This document shows positions 34,101 to 46,250 of a DNA stretch of 64,000 nucleotides, one piece after another. The first letter of the stretch is position 1. Each line of letters begins with the position of its first letter. This DNA is from Eledone cirrhosa (Eukaryota). Below the pieces are notes generated by a model. The model worked only from the letters and a program-made list of their open reading frames with translations. It had not been told where the DNA came from and ran no database searches. The stretch spans positions 138,570,001 through 138,634,000 of the forward strand of contig OZ024743.1 of the NCBI GenBank assembly GCA_964016885.1. Direction: 5' to 3'. The position numbers and the translations under genes are program-made.

Positions 34101-37100
34101 TAGGTGTTTGGTGCTTGGTGTTTGGTGCTTGGTACTTGGTGCTTGGTGCTTGGTGTTAGGTGTTTGGTGCTTGGTGTTTGGTGTCTGGTTTTTGGTGCTT
34201 GGTGCTTGGTGTTTGGTGCTTGCTGCTGGCTGCTTGGTGTTTGGTGCTTGGTGATTGGTGCTTGGTGTTTGGTGCTTGGTGTTTGGTGTTTGGTGCTAGA
34301 TGCTTGGTGTTTGGTGCTTGGTGCTTGGTGTTTGTACTTGGTGCTTGGTGCTTGGTTCTTGGTGTTTGGTGCTTGGTGCTTGGTGTTTGGTGCTTGGTGC
34401 TTGGTGTTTGGTGCTTGGTGTTTGGTGCTTGGTGCTTGGTGCTTGGTGTTTGTACTTGGTGTTTGGTGCTTGGTGTTTGGTTCTTGGTTCTTGGTGTTTG
34501 GTACTTGGTGCTTGGTGCTTGGTGCTTGATGTTTGGTGTTTGGTGGTTGGTGTTTGGTGCTTGGTGCTTGGTGCTTGGTGTTAGGTGTTTGGTGCTTGGT
34601 CCTTGGTGTTTGGTGCTTGGTGTTTGGTGTTTGCTGTCTGCTTTTTGGTGTTTAGTGTTTGCTGTATGGTGTTTGGTGTTTGCTGTTTGGTGTTTGGTCT
34701 TTGGTGCTTGGTGTTTGGTGCTTGGTGCTTGGTGTTTGGTGTTTGGTGCTTGGTGCTTGGTGTTTGGTGTTATATGCTTGGTGTTTGATGCTTGGTGCTT
34801 GGTGCTTGGTGTTTGGTGCTTGGTGCTTGGTGTTTGGTGCTTGGTGCTTGGTGTTTGGTGTTTGGTGCTTGGTGTTTGGTGCTTGGTGCTTGGTGCTTGG
34901 TGCTTGGTGTTTGGTGGTTGGTGCTTGGTGCTTGGTGTTAGGTGTTTGGTGCTTGGTGCTTGGTGTTTGGTGTTTGGTGCTTGGTGTTTGGTGTTTGGTG
35001 CTTGGTGTTTGGTGCTTGGTACTTGGTGCTTGGTGCTTGGTGTTAGGTGTTTGGTGCTTGGTGTTTGGTGTCTGGTTTTTGGTGCTTGGTGCTTGGTGTT
35101 TGGTGCTTGCTGCTGGCTGCTTGGTGTTTGGTGCCTGGTGATTGGTGCTTGGTGTTTGGTGCTTGGTGTTTTGTGTTTGGTGCTTGGTATTTGGTGCTTG
35201 GTGCTTGGTGTTTGTACTTGGTGCTTGGTGCTTGGTGTTTGGTTCTTGGTTCTTGGTGTTTGGTGTTTGGCGATTGGTGTTTGGTGCTTGGTGCTTGGTG
35301 TTTGGTGCCTGGTGCTTGGTGCTTGGTGCTTGGTGTTTCGTGTTTGGTGCTTGGTGCTTGGAGTTTGGTGTTTGGTGCTTGGTGCTTGGTGTTTTGTGTT
35401 TGGTGCTTGGTGTTTGATGCTTGGTGCTTGGTGCTTGGTGTTTTGTGTTTGGTGCTTGGTTCTTGGTGTTTGGTGCTTGGTGCTTGGTGCTTGGTGTTTG
35501 TACTTGGTGCTTGGTTCTTGGTGTTTGGTTCTTGGTTCTTGGTGTTTGGTACTTGGTGCTTGGTGCTTGGTGCTTGATGTTTGGTGTTTGGTGGTTGGTG
35601 TTTGGTGCTTGGTGCTTGGTGCTTGGTGTTAGGTGTTTGGTGCTTGGTCCTTGGTGTTTGGTGCTTGGTGTTTGGTGTTTGCTGTCTGCTTTTTGGTGTT
35701 TAGTGTTTGCTGTATGGTGTTTGGTGTTTGCTGTTTGGTGTTTGGTCTTTGGTGCTTGGTGTTTGGTGCTTGGTGCTTGGTGTTTGGTGTTTGGTGCTTG
35801 GTGCTTGGTGTTTGGTGTTATATGCTTGGTGTTTGATGCTTGGTGCTTTGTGCTTGGTGTTTGGTGCTTGGTGTTTGTACTTGGTGCTTGGTGCTTGGTG
35901 CTTGGTGTTTGGTGCTTGGTGTTTGGTGCTTGGTGCTTGGTGCTTGGTGCTTGGTGCTTGGTGTTTGGTGGTTGGTGTTTGGTGCTTGGTGTTAGGTGTT
36001 TGGTGCTTGGTGCTTGGTGTTTGGTGTTTGGTGCTTGGTGTTTGGTGTTTGGTGCTTGGTGTTTGGTGCTTGGTACTTGGTGCTTGGTGCTTGGTGTTAG
36101 GTGTTTGGTGCTTGGTGTTTGGTGCTTGGTGTTTGGTGCTTGGTGCTTGGTGCTTGGTGCTTGGTGTTTGGTGGTTGGTGTTTAGTGCTTGGTGTTAGTT
36201 GTTTGGTGCTTGGTGCTTGGTGTTTGGTGTTTGGTGCTTGGTGTTTGGTGTTTGGTGCTTGGTGTTTGGTGCTTTTTGCTTGGTGCTTGGTGCTTGGTGT
36301 TTGGTGCTTGGTGCTTGGTGTTTGGTGCTGGGTGCTTGGTGTTTGGTGTTTGGTGTTATATGCTTGGTGTTTGATGCTTGGTGCTTGGTGCTTGGTGTTT
36401 GGTGTTTGGTGCTTGGTGTTTGATGCTTGGTGCTTGGTGCTTGGTGTTTGGTGCTTGGTGCTTGGTGTTTGGTGCTTGGTGCTTGGTGTTTGGTGCTTGG
36501 TGTTTGGTGCTTGATGTTTGGTGCTTGGTGCTTGGTGCTTGGTGCTTGGTGTTTGGTGGTTGGTGCTTGGTGCTTGGTGTTAGGTGTTTGGTGCTTGGTG
36601 CTTGGTGTTTGGTGTTTGGTGCTTGGTGTTTGGTGTTTGGTGCTTGCTGCTGGCTGCTTGGTGGTTGGTGCTTGGTGATTGGTGCTTGGTGTTTGGTGCT
36701 TGGTGTTTGGTGTTTGGTGCTAGGTGCTTGGTGTTTGGTGCTTGGTGCTTGGTGTTTGTACTTGGTGCTAGGTGCTTGGTTCTTGGTGTTTGGTGCTTGG
36801 TGCTTGGTGTTTGGTGCTTGGTGCTTGGTGTTTGGTGCTTGGTGTTTGGTGCTTGGTGTTTGGTGCTTGGTTCTTGGCGCTTGGTGTTTGGTGCTTGGTG
36901 TTTGGTGCTTGGTGTTAGGTGTTTGGTGCTTGGTGTTTGGTGCTTGGTACTTGGTGCTTGGTGCTTGGTGTTAGGTGTTTGGTGCTTGGTGTTTGGTGTC
37001 TGGTTTTTGGTGCTTGGTGCTTGGTGTTTGGTGCTTGCTGCTGGCTGCTTGGTGTTTGGTGCTTGGTGATTGGTGCTTGGTGTTTGGTGCTTGGTGTTTG

Positions 37101-40100
37101 GTGTTTGGTGCTAGATGCTTGGTGTTTGGTGCTTGGTGCTTGGTGTTTGTACTTGGTGCTTGGTGCTTGGTTCTTGGTGTTTGGTGCTTGGTGCTTGGTG
37201 TTTGGTGCTTGGTGCTTGGTGTTTGGTGCTTGGTGTTTGGTGCTTGGTGCTTGGTGCTTGGTGTTTGTACTTGGTGTTTGGTGCTTGGTGTTTGGTTCTT
37301 GGTTCTTGGTGTTTGGTACTTGGTGCTTGGTGCTTGGTGCTTGATGTTTGGTGTTTGGTGGTTGGTGTTTGGTGCTTGGTGCTTGGTGCTTGGTGTTAGG
37401 TGTTTGGTGCTTGGTCCTTGGTGTTTGGTGCTTGGTGTTTGGTGTTTGCTGTCTGCTTTTTGGTGTTTAGTGTTTGCTGTATGGTGTTTGGTGTTTGCTG
37501 TTTGGTGTTTGGTCTTTGGTGCTTGGTGTTTGGTGCTTGGTGCTTGGTGTTTGGTGTTTGGTGCTTGGTGCTTGGTGTTTGGTGTTATATGCTTGGTGTT
37601 TGATGCTTGGTGCTTGGTGCTTGGTGTTTGGTGTTTGGTGTTTGTACTTGGTGCTTGGTGCTTGGTGCTTGGTGTTTGGTGCTTGGTGTTTGGTGCTTGG
37701 TGCTTGGTGCTTGGTGCTTGGTGCTTGGTGTTTGGTGGTTGGTGTTTGGTGCTTGGTGCTTGGTGTTTGGTGTTTGGTGCTTGGTGTTTGGTGTTTGGTG
37801 CTTGGTGTTTGGTGCTTGGTACTTGGTGCTTGGTGCTTGGTGTTAGGTGTTTGGTGCTTGGTGTTTGGTGCTTGGTGTTTGGTGCTTGGTGCTTGGTGCT
37901 TGGTGCTTGGTGTTTGGTGGTTGGTGTTTGGTGCTTGGTGTTAGGTGTTTGGTGCTTGGTGCTTGGTGTTTGGTGTTTGGTGCTTGGTGTTTGGTGTTTG
38001 GTGCTTGGTGTTTGGTGCTTTTTGCTTGGTGCTTGGTACTTGGTGTTTGGTGCTTGGTTCTTGGTGTTTGGTGCTGGGTGCTTGGTGTTTGGTGTTTGGT
38101 GTTATATGCTTGGTGTTTGATGCTTGGTGCTTGGTGCTTGGTGTTTGGTGTTTGGTGCTTGGTGTTTGATGCTTGGTGCTTGGTGCTTGGTGTTTGGTGC
38201 TTGGTGCTTGGTGTTTGGTGCTTGGTGCTTGGTGTTTGGTGTTTGGTGCTTGGTGTTTGGTGCTTGGTGCTTGGTGCTTGGTGCTTGGTGTTTGGTGGTT
38301 GGTGCTTGGTGCTTGGTGTTAGGTGTTTGGTGCTTGGTGCTTGGTGTTTGGTGTTTGGTGCTTGGTGTTTGGTGCTTGGTGTTTGGTGCTTGATGTTTGG
38401 TGCTTGGTGCTTGGTGCTTGGTGCTTGGTGTTTGGTGGTTGGTGCTTGGTGCTTGGTGTTAGGTGTTTGGTGCTTGGTGCTTGGTGTTTGGTGTTTGGTG
38501 CTTGGTGTTTGGTGTTTGGTGCTTGCTGCTGGCTGCTTGGTGTTTGGTGCTTGGTGATTGGTGCTTGGTGTTTGGTGCTTGGTGTTTGGTGTTTGGTGCT
38601 AGGTGCTTGGTGTTTGGTGCTTGGTGCTTGGTGTTTGTACTTGGTGCTTGGTGCTTGGTTCTTGGTGTTTGGTGCTTGGTGCTTGGTGTTTGGTGCTTGG
38701 TGCTTGGTGTTTGGTGCTTGGTGTTTGGTGCTTGGTGTTTGGTGCTTGGTTCTTGGTGCTTGGTGTTTGGTGCTTGGTGTTTGGTGCTTGGTGTTAGGTG
38801 TTTGGTGCTTGGTGTTTGGTGCTTGGTACTTGGTGCTTGGTGCTTTGTGTTAGGTGTTTGGTGCTTGGTGTTTGGTGTCTGGTTTTTGGTGCTTGGTGCT
38901 TGGTGTTTGGTGCTTGCTGCTGGCTGCTTGGTGTTTGGTGCTTGGTGATTGGTGCTTGGTGTTTGGTGCTTGGTGTTTGGTGTTTGGTGCTAGATGCTTG
39001 GTGTTTGGTGCTTGGTGCTTGGTGTTTGTACTTGGTGCTTGGTGCTTGGTTCTTGGTGTTTGGTGCTTGGTGCTTGGTGTTTGGTGCTTGGTGCTTGGTG
39101 TTTGGTGCTTGGTGTTTGGTGCTTGGTGCTTGGTGCTTGGTGTTTGTACTTGGTGCTTGGTGCTTGGTGTTTGGTTCTTGGTTCTTGGTGTTTGGTACTT
39201 GGTGCTTGGTGCTTGGTGCTTGATGTTTGGTGTTTGGTGGTTGGTGTTTGGTGCTTGGTGCTTGGTGCTTCGTGTTAGGTGTTTGGTGCTTGGTCCTTGG
39301 TGTTTGGTGCTTGGTGTTTGGTGTTTGCTGTCTGCTTTTTGGTGTTTAGTGTTTGCTGTATGGTGTTTGGTGTTTGCTGTTTGGTGTTTGGTCTTTGGTG
39401 CTTGGTGTTTGGTGCTTGGTGCTTGGTGTTTGGTGTTTGGTGCTTGGTGCTTGGTGTTTGGTGTTATATGCTTGGTGTTTGATGCTTGGTGCTTGGTGCT
39501 TGGTGTTTGGTGTTTGGTGTTTGTACTTGCTGCTTGGTGCTTGGTGCTTGGTGTTTGGTGCTTGGTGTTTGGTGCTTGGTGCTTGGTGCTTGGTGCCTGG
39601 TGCTTGGTGTTTGGTGTTTGGTGCTTGGTGTTTGGTGTTTGGTGCTTGGTGTTTGGTGCTTGGTACTTGGTGCTTGGTGCTTGGTGTTAGGTGTTTGGTG
39701 CTTGGTGTTTGGTGCTTGGTGTTTGGTGCTTGGTGCTTGGTGCTTGGTGCTTGGTGTTTGGTGGTTGGTGTTTGGTGCTTGGTGTTAGGTGTTTGGTGCT
39801 TGGTGCTTGGTGTTTGGTGTTTGGTGCTTGGTGTTTGGTGTTTGGTGCTTGGTGTTTGGTGCTTTTTGCTTGGTGCTTGGTGCTTGGTGTTTGGTGCTTG
39901 GTTCTTGGTGTTTGGTGCTGGGTGCTTGGTGTTTGGTGTTTGGTGTTATATGCTTGGTGTTTGATGCTTGGTGCTTGGTGCTTGGTGTTTGGTGTTTGGT
40001 GCTTGGTGTTTGATGCTTGGTGCTTGGTGCTTGGTGTTTGGTGCTTGGTGCTTGGTGTTTGGTGCTTGGTGCTTGGTGTTTGGTGTTTGGTGCTTGGTGC

Positions 40101-43100
40101 TTGGTGCTTGGTGTTTGGTGGTTGGTGCTTGGTGCTTGGTGTTAGGTGTTTGGTGCTTGGTGCTTGGTGTTTGGTGTTTGGTGCTTGGTGTTTGGTGTTT
40201 GGTGCTTGGTGTTTGGTGCTTGGTACTTGGTGCTTGGTGCTTGGTGTTAGGTGTTTGGTGCTTGGTGTTTGGTGTCTGGTTTTTGGTGCTTGGTGCTTGG
40301 TGTTTGGTGCTTGCTGCTGGCTGCTTGGTGTTTGGTGCCTGGTGATTGGTGCTTGGTGTTTGGTGCTTGGTGTTTTGTGTTTGGTGCTTGGTATTTGGTG
40401 CTTGGTGCTTGGTGTTTGTACTTGGTGCTTGGTGCTTGGTGTTTGGTTCTTGGTTCTTGGTGTTTGGTGTTTGGCGATTGGTGTTTGGTGCTTGGTGCTT
40501 GGTGTTTGGTGCCTGGTGCTTGGTGCTTGGTGCTTGGTGTTTCGTGTTTGGTGCTTGGTGCTTGGAGTTTGGTGTTTGGTGCTTGGTGCTTGGTGTTTTG
40601 TGTTTGGTGCTTGGTGTTTGATGCTTGGTGCTTGGTGCTTGGTGTTTTGTGTTTGGTGCTTGGTTCTTGGTGTTTGGTGCTTGGTGCTTGGTGCTTGGTG
40701 TTTGTACTTGGTGCTTGGTTCTTGGTGTTTGGTTCTTGGTTCTTGGTGTTTGGTACTTGGTGCTTGGTGCTTGGTGCTTGATGTTTGGTGTTTGGTGGTT
40801 GGTGTTTGGTGCTTGGTGCTTGGTGCTTGGTGTTAGGTATTTGGTGCTTGGTCCTTGGTGTTTGGTGCTTGGTGTTTGGTGTTTGCTGTCTGCTTTTTGG
40901 TGTTTAGTGTTTGCTGTATGGTGTTTGGTGTTTGCTGTTTGGTGTTTGGTCTTTGGTGCTTGGTGTTTGGTGCTTGGTGCTTGGTGTTTGGTGTTTGGTG
41001 CTTGGTGCTTGGTGTTTGGTGTTATATGCTTGGTGTTTGATGCTTGGTGCTTTGTGCTTGGTGTTTGGTGTTTGGTGTTTGTACTTGGTGCTTGGTGCTT
41101 GGTGCTTGGTGTTTGGTGCTTGGTGTTTGGTGCTTGGTGCTTGGTGCTTGGTGCTTGGTGCTTGGTGTTTGGTGGTTGGTGTTTGGTGCTTGGTGTTAGG
41201 TGTTTGGTGCTTGGTGCTTGGTGTTTGGTGTTTGGTGCTTGGTGTTTGGTGTTTGGTGCTTGGTGTTTGGTGCTTGGTACTTGGTGCTTGGTGCTTGGTG
41301 TTAGGTGTTTGGTGCTTGGTGTTTGGTGCTTGGTGTTTGGTGCTTGGTGCTTGGTGCTTGGTGCTTGGTGTTTGGTGGTTGGTGTTTAGTGCTTGGTGTT
41401 AGTTGTTTGGTGCTTGGTGCTTGGTGTTTGGTGTTTGGTGCTTGGTGTTTGGTGTTTGGTGCTTGGTGTTTGGTGCTTTTTGCTTGGTGCTTGGTGCTTG
41501 GTGTTTGGTGCTTGGTGCTTGGTGTTTGGTGCTGGGTGCTTGGTGTTTGGTGTTTGGTGTTATATGCTTGGTGTTTGATGCTTGGTGCTTGGTGCTTGGT
41601 GTTTGGTGTTTGGTGCTTGGTGTTTGATGCTTGGTGCTTGGTGCTTGGTGTTTGGTGCTTGGTGCTTGGTGTTTGGTGCTTGGTGCTTGGTGTTTGGTGC
41701 TTGGTGTTTGGTGCTTGATGTTTGGTGCTTGGTGCTTGGTGCTTGGTGCTTGGTGTTTGGTGGTTGGTGCTTGGTGCTTGGTGTTAGGTGTTTGGTGCTT
41801 GGTGCTTGGTGTTTGGTGTTTGGTGCTTGGTGTTTGGTGTTTGGTGCTTGCTGCTGGCTGCTTGGTGGTTGGTGCTTGGTGATTGGTGCTTGGTGTTTGG
41901 TGCTTGGTGTTTGGTGTTTGGTGCTAGGTGCTTGGTGTTTGGTGCTTGGTGCTTGGTGTTTGTACTTGGTGCTAGGTGCTTGGTTCTTGGTGTTTGGTGC
42001 TTGGTGCTTGGTGTTTGGTGCTTGGTGCTTGGTGTTTGGTGCTTGGTGTTTGGTGCTTGGTGTTTGGTGCTTGGTTCTTGGTGCTTGGTGTTTGGTGCTT
42101 GGTGTTTGGTGCTTGGTGTTAGGTGTTTGGTGCTTGGTGTTTGGTGCTTGGTACTTGGTGCTTGGTGCTTGGTGTTAGGTGTTTGGTGCTTGGTGTTTGG
42201 TGTCTGGTTTTTGGTGCTTGGTGCTTGGTGTTTGGTGCTTGCTGCTGGCTGCCTGGTGTTTGGTGCTTGGTGATTGGTGCTTGGTGTTTGGTGCTTGGTG
42301 TTTGGTGTTTGGTGCTAGATGCTTGGTGTTTGGTGCTTGGTGCTTGGTGTTTGTACTTGGTGCTTGGTGCTTGGTTCTTGGTGTTTGGTGCTTGGTGCTT
42401 GGTGTTTGGTGCTTGGTGCTTGGTGTTTGGTGCTTGGTGTTTGGTGCTTGGTGCTTGGTGCTTGGTGTTTGTACTTGGTGTTTGGTGCTTGGTGTTTGGT
42501 TCTTGGTTCTTGGTGTTTGGTACTTGGTGCTTGGTGCTTGGTGCTTGATGTTTGGTGTTTGGTGGTTGGTGTTTGGTGCTTGGTGCTTGGTGCTTGGTGT
42601 TAGGTGTTTGGTGCTTGGTCCTTGGTGTTTGGTGCTTGGTGTTTGGTGTTTGCTGTCTGCTTTTTGGTGTTTAGTGTTTGCTGTATGGTGTTTGGTGTTT
42701 GCTGTTTGGTGTTTGGTCTTTGGTGCTTGGTGTTTGGTGCTTGGTGCTTGGTGTTTGGTGTTTGGTGCTTGGTGCTTGGTGTTTGGTGTTATATGCTTGG
42801 TGTTTGATGCTTGGTGCTTGGTGCTTGGTGTTTGGTGTTTGGTGTTTGTACTTGGTGCTTGGTGCTTGGTGCTTGGTGTTTGGTGCTTGGTGTTTGGTGC
42901 TTGGTGCTTGGTGCTTGGTGCTTGGTGCTTGGTGTTTGGTGGTTGGTGTTTGGTGCTTGGTGCTTGGTGTTTGGTGTTTGGTGCTTGGTGTTTGGTGTTT
43001 GGTGCTTGGTGTTTGGTGCTTGGTACTTGGTGCTTGGTGCTTGGTGTTAGGTGTTTGGTGCTTGGTGTTTGGTGCTTGGTGTTTGGTGCTTGGTGCTTGG

Positions 43101-46100
43101 TGCTTGGTGCTTGGTGTTTGGTGGTTGGTGTTTGGTGCTTGGTGTTAGGTGTTTGGTGCTTGGTGCTTGGTGTTTGGTGTTTGGTGCTTGGTGTTTGGTG
43201 TTTGGTGCTTGGTGTTTGGTGCTTTTTGCTTGGTGCTTGGTGCTTGGTGTTTGGTGCTTGGTTCTTGGTGTTTGGTGCTGGGTGCTTGGTGTTTGGTGTT
43301 TGGTGTTATATGCTTGGTGTTTGATGCTTGGTGCTTGGTGCTTGGTGTTTGGTGTTTGGTGCTTGGTGTTTGATGCTTGGTGCTTGGTGCTTGGTGTTTG
43401 GTGCTTGGTGCTTGGTGTTTGGTGCTTGGTGCTTGGTGTTTGGTGTTTGGTGCTTGGTGTTTGGTGCTTGGTGCTTGGTGCTTGGTGCTTGGTGTTTGGT
43501 GGTTGGTGCTTGGTGCTTGGTGTTAGGTGTTTGGTGCTTGGTGCTTGGTGTTTGGTGTTTGGTGCTTGGTGTTTGGTGCTTGGTGTTTGGTGCTTGATGT
43601 TTGGTGCTTGGTGCTTGGTGCTTGGTGCTTGGTGTTTGGTGGTTGGTGCTTGGTGCTTGGTGTTAGGTGTTTGGTGCTTGGTGCTTGGTGTTTGGTGTTT
43701 GGTGCTTGGTGTTTGGTGTTTGGTGCTTGCTGCTGGCTGCTTGGTGTTTGGTGCTTGGTGATTGGTGCTTGGTGTTTGGTGCTTGGTGTTTGGTGTTTGG
43801 TGCTAGGTGCTTGGTGTTTGGTGCTTGGTGCTTGGTGTTTGTACTTGGTGCTTGGTGCTTGGTTCTTGGTGTTTGGTGCTTGGTGCTTGGTGTTTGGTGC
43901 TTGGTGCTTGGTGTTTGGTGCTTGGTGTTTGGTGCTTGGTGTTTGGTGCTTGGTTCTTGGTGCTTGGTGTTTGGTGCTTGGTGTTTGGTGCTTGGTGTTA
44001 GGTGTTTGGTGCTTGGTGTTTGGTGCTTGGTACTTGGTGCTTGGTGCTTTGTGTTAGGTGTTTGGTGCTTGGTGTTTGGTGTCTGGTTTTTGGTGCTTGG
44101 TGCTTGGTGTTTGGTGCTTGCTGCTGGCTGCTTGGTGTTTGGTGCTTGGTGATTGGTGCTTGGTGTTTGGTGCTTGGTGTTTGGTGTTTGGTGCTAGATG
44201 CTTGGTGTTTGGTGCTTGGTGCTTGGTGTTTGTACTTGGTGCTTGGTGCTTGGTTCTTGGTGTTTGGTGCTTGGTGCTTGGTGTTTGGTGCTTGGTGCTT
44301 GGTGTTTGGTGCTTGGTGTTTGGTGCTTGGTGCTTGGTGCTTGGTGTTTGTACTTGGTGCTTGGTGCTTGGTGTTTGGTTCTTGGTTCTTGGTGTTTGGT
44401 ACTTGGTGCTTGGTGCTTGGTGCTTGATGTTTGGTGTTTGGTGGTTGGTGTTTGGTGCTTGGTGCTTGGTGCTTCGTGTTAGGTGTTTGGTGCTTGGTCC
44501 TTGGTGTTTGGTGCTTGGTGTTTGGTGTTTGCTGTCTGCTTTTTGGTGTTTAGTGTTTGCTGTATGGTGTTTGGTGTTTGCTGTTTGGTGTTTGGTCTTT
44601 GGTGCTTGGTGTTTGGTGCTTGGTGCTTGGTGTTTGGTGTTTGGTGCTTGGTGCTTGGTGTTTGGTGTTATATGCTTGGTGTTTGATGCTTGGTGCTTGG
44701 TGCTTGGTGTTTGGTGTTTGGTGTTTGTACTTGCTGCTTGGTGCTTGGTGCTTGGTGTTTGGTGCTTGGTGTTTGGTGCTTGGTGCTTGGTGCTTGGTGC
44801 CTGGTGCTTGGTGTTTGGTGTTTGGTGCTTGGTGTTTGGTGTTTGGTGCTTGGTGTTTGGTGCTTGGTACTTGGTGCTTGGTGCTTGGTGTTAGGTGTTT
44901 GGTGCTTGGTGTTTGGTGCTTGGTGTTTGGTGCTTGGTGCTTGGTGCTTGGTGCTTGGTGTTTGGTGGTTGGTGTTTGGTGCTTGGTGTTAGGTGTTTGG
45001 TGCTTGGTGCTTGGTGTTTGGTGTTTGGTGCTTGGTGTTTGGTGTTTGGTGCTTGGTGTTTGGTGCTTTTTGCTTGGTGCTTGGTGCTTGGTGTTTGGTG
45101 CTTGGTTCTTGGTGTTTGGTGCTGGGTGCTTGGTGTTTGGTGTTTGGTGTTATATGCTTGGTGTTTGATGCTTGGTGCTTGGTGCTTGGTGTTTGGTGTT
45201 TGGTGCTTGGTGTTTGATGCTTGGTGCTTGGTGCTTGGTGTTTGGTGCTTGGTGCTTGGTGTTTGGTGCTTGGTGCTTGGTGTTTGGTGTTTGGTGCTTG
45301 GTGCTTGGTGCTTGGTGTTTGGTGGTTGGTGCTTGGTGCTTGGTGTTAGGTGTTTGGTGCTTGGTGCTTGGTGTTTGGTGTTTGGTGCTTGGTGTTTGGT
45401 GTTTGGTGCTTGGTGCTTGGTGCTTGGTGTTAGGTGTTTGGTGCTTGGTGTTTGGTGTCTGGTTTTTGGTGCTTGGTGCTTGGTGTTTGGTGCTTGCTGC
45501 TGGCTGCTTGGTGTTTGGTGCCTGGTGATTGGTGCTTGGTGTTTGGTGCTTGGTGTTTTGTGTTTGGTGCTTGGTATTTGGTGCTTGGTGCTTGGTGTTT
45601 GTACTTGGTGCTTGGTGCTTGGTGTTTGGTTCTTGGTTCTTGGTGTTTGGTGTTTGGCGATTGGTGTTTGGTGCTTGGTGCTTGGTGTTTGGTGCCTGGT
45701 GCTTGGTGCTTGGTGCTTGGTGTTTCGTGTTTGGTGCTTGGTGCTTGGAGTTTGGTGTTTGGTGCTTGGTGCTTGGTGTTTTGTGTTTGGTGCTTGGTGT
45801 TTGATGCTTGGTGCTTGGTGCTTGGTGTTTTGTGTTTGGTGCTTGGTTCTTGGTGTTTGGTGCTTGGTGCTTGGTGCTTGGTGTTTGTACTTGGTGCTTG
45901 GTTCTTGGTGTTTGGTTCTTGGTTCTTGGTGTTTGGTACTTGGTGCTTGGTGCTTGGTGCTTGATGTTTGGTGTTTGGTGGTTGGTGTTTGGTGCTTGGT
46001 GCTTGGTGCTTGGTGTTAGGTATTTGGTGCTTGGTCCTTGGTGTTTGGTGCTTGGTGTTTGGTGTTTGCTGTCTGCTTTTTGGTGTTTAGTGTTTGCTGT

Positions 46101-46250
46101 ATGGTGTTTGGTGTTTGCTGTTTGGTGTTTGGTCTTTGGTGCTTGGTGTTTGGTGCTTGGTGCTTGGTGTTTGGTGTTTGGTGCTTGGTGCTTGGTGTTT
46201 GGTGTTATATGCTTGATGTTTGATGCTTGGTGCTTTGTGCTTGGTGTTTG
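25480..46250. repeat. 5204-bp higher-order repeat: full copies at ~25480-30690, ~35050-40250 and ~40250-45430, a rearranged 4359-bp unit at ~30690-35050, and a partial copy from ~45430
   Basis: Offsets of 5204: 25484/30688, 35047/40251, 36975/42179, 37847/43051, 38854/44058, 39691/44895. Offsets of 9563: 26070/35633, 27412/36975, 30128/39691. Eleven TTGTAC hexamers counted in 35047-40251, and 5204 = 745x7 - 11. Confidence 0.92.
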
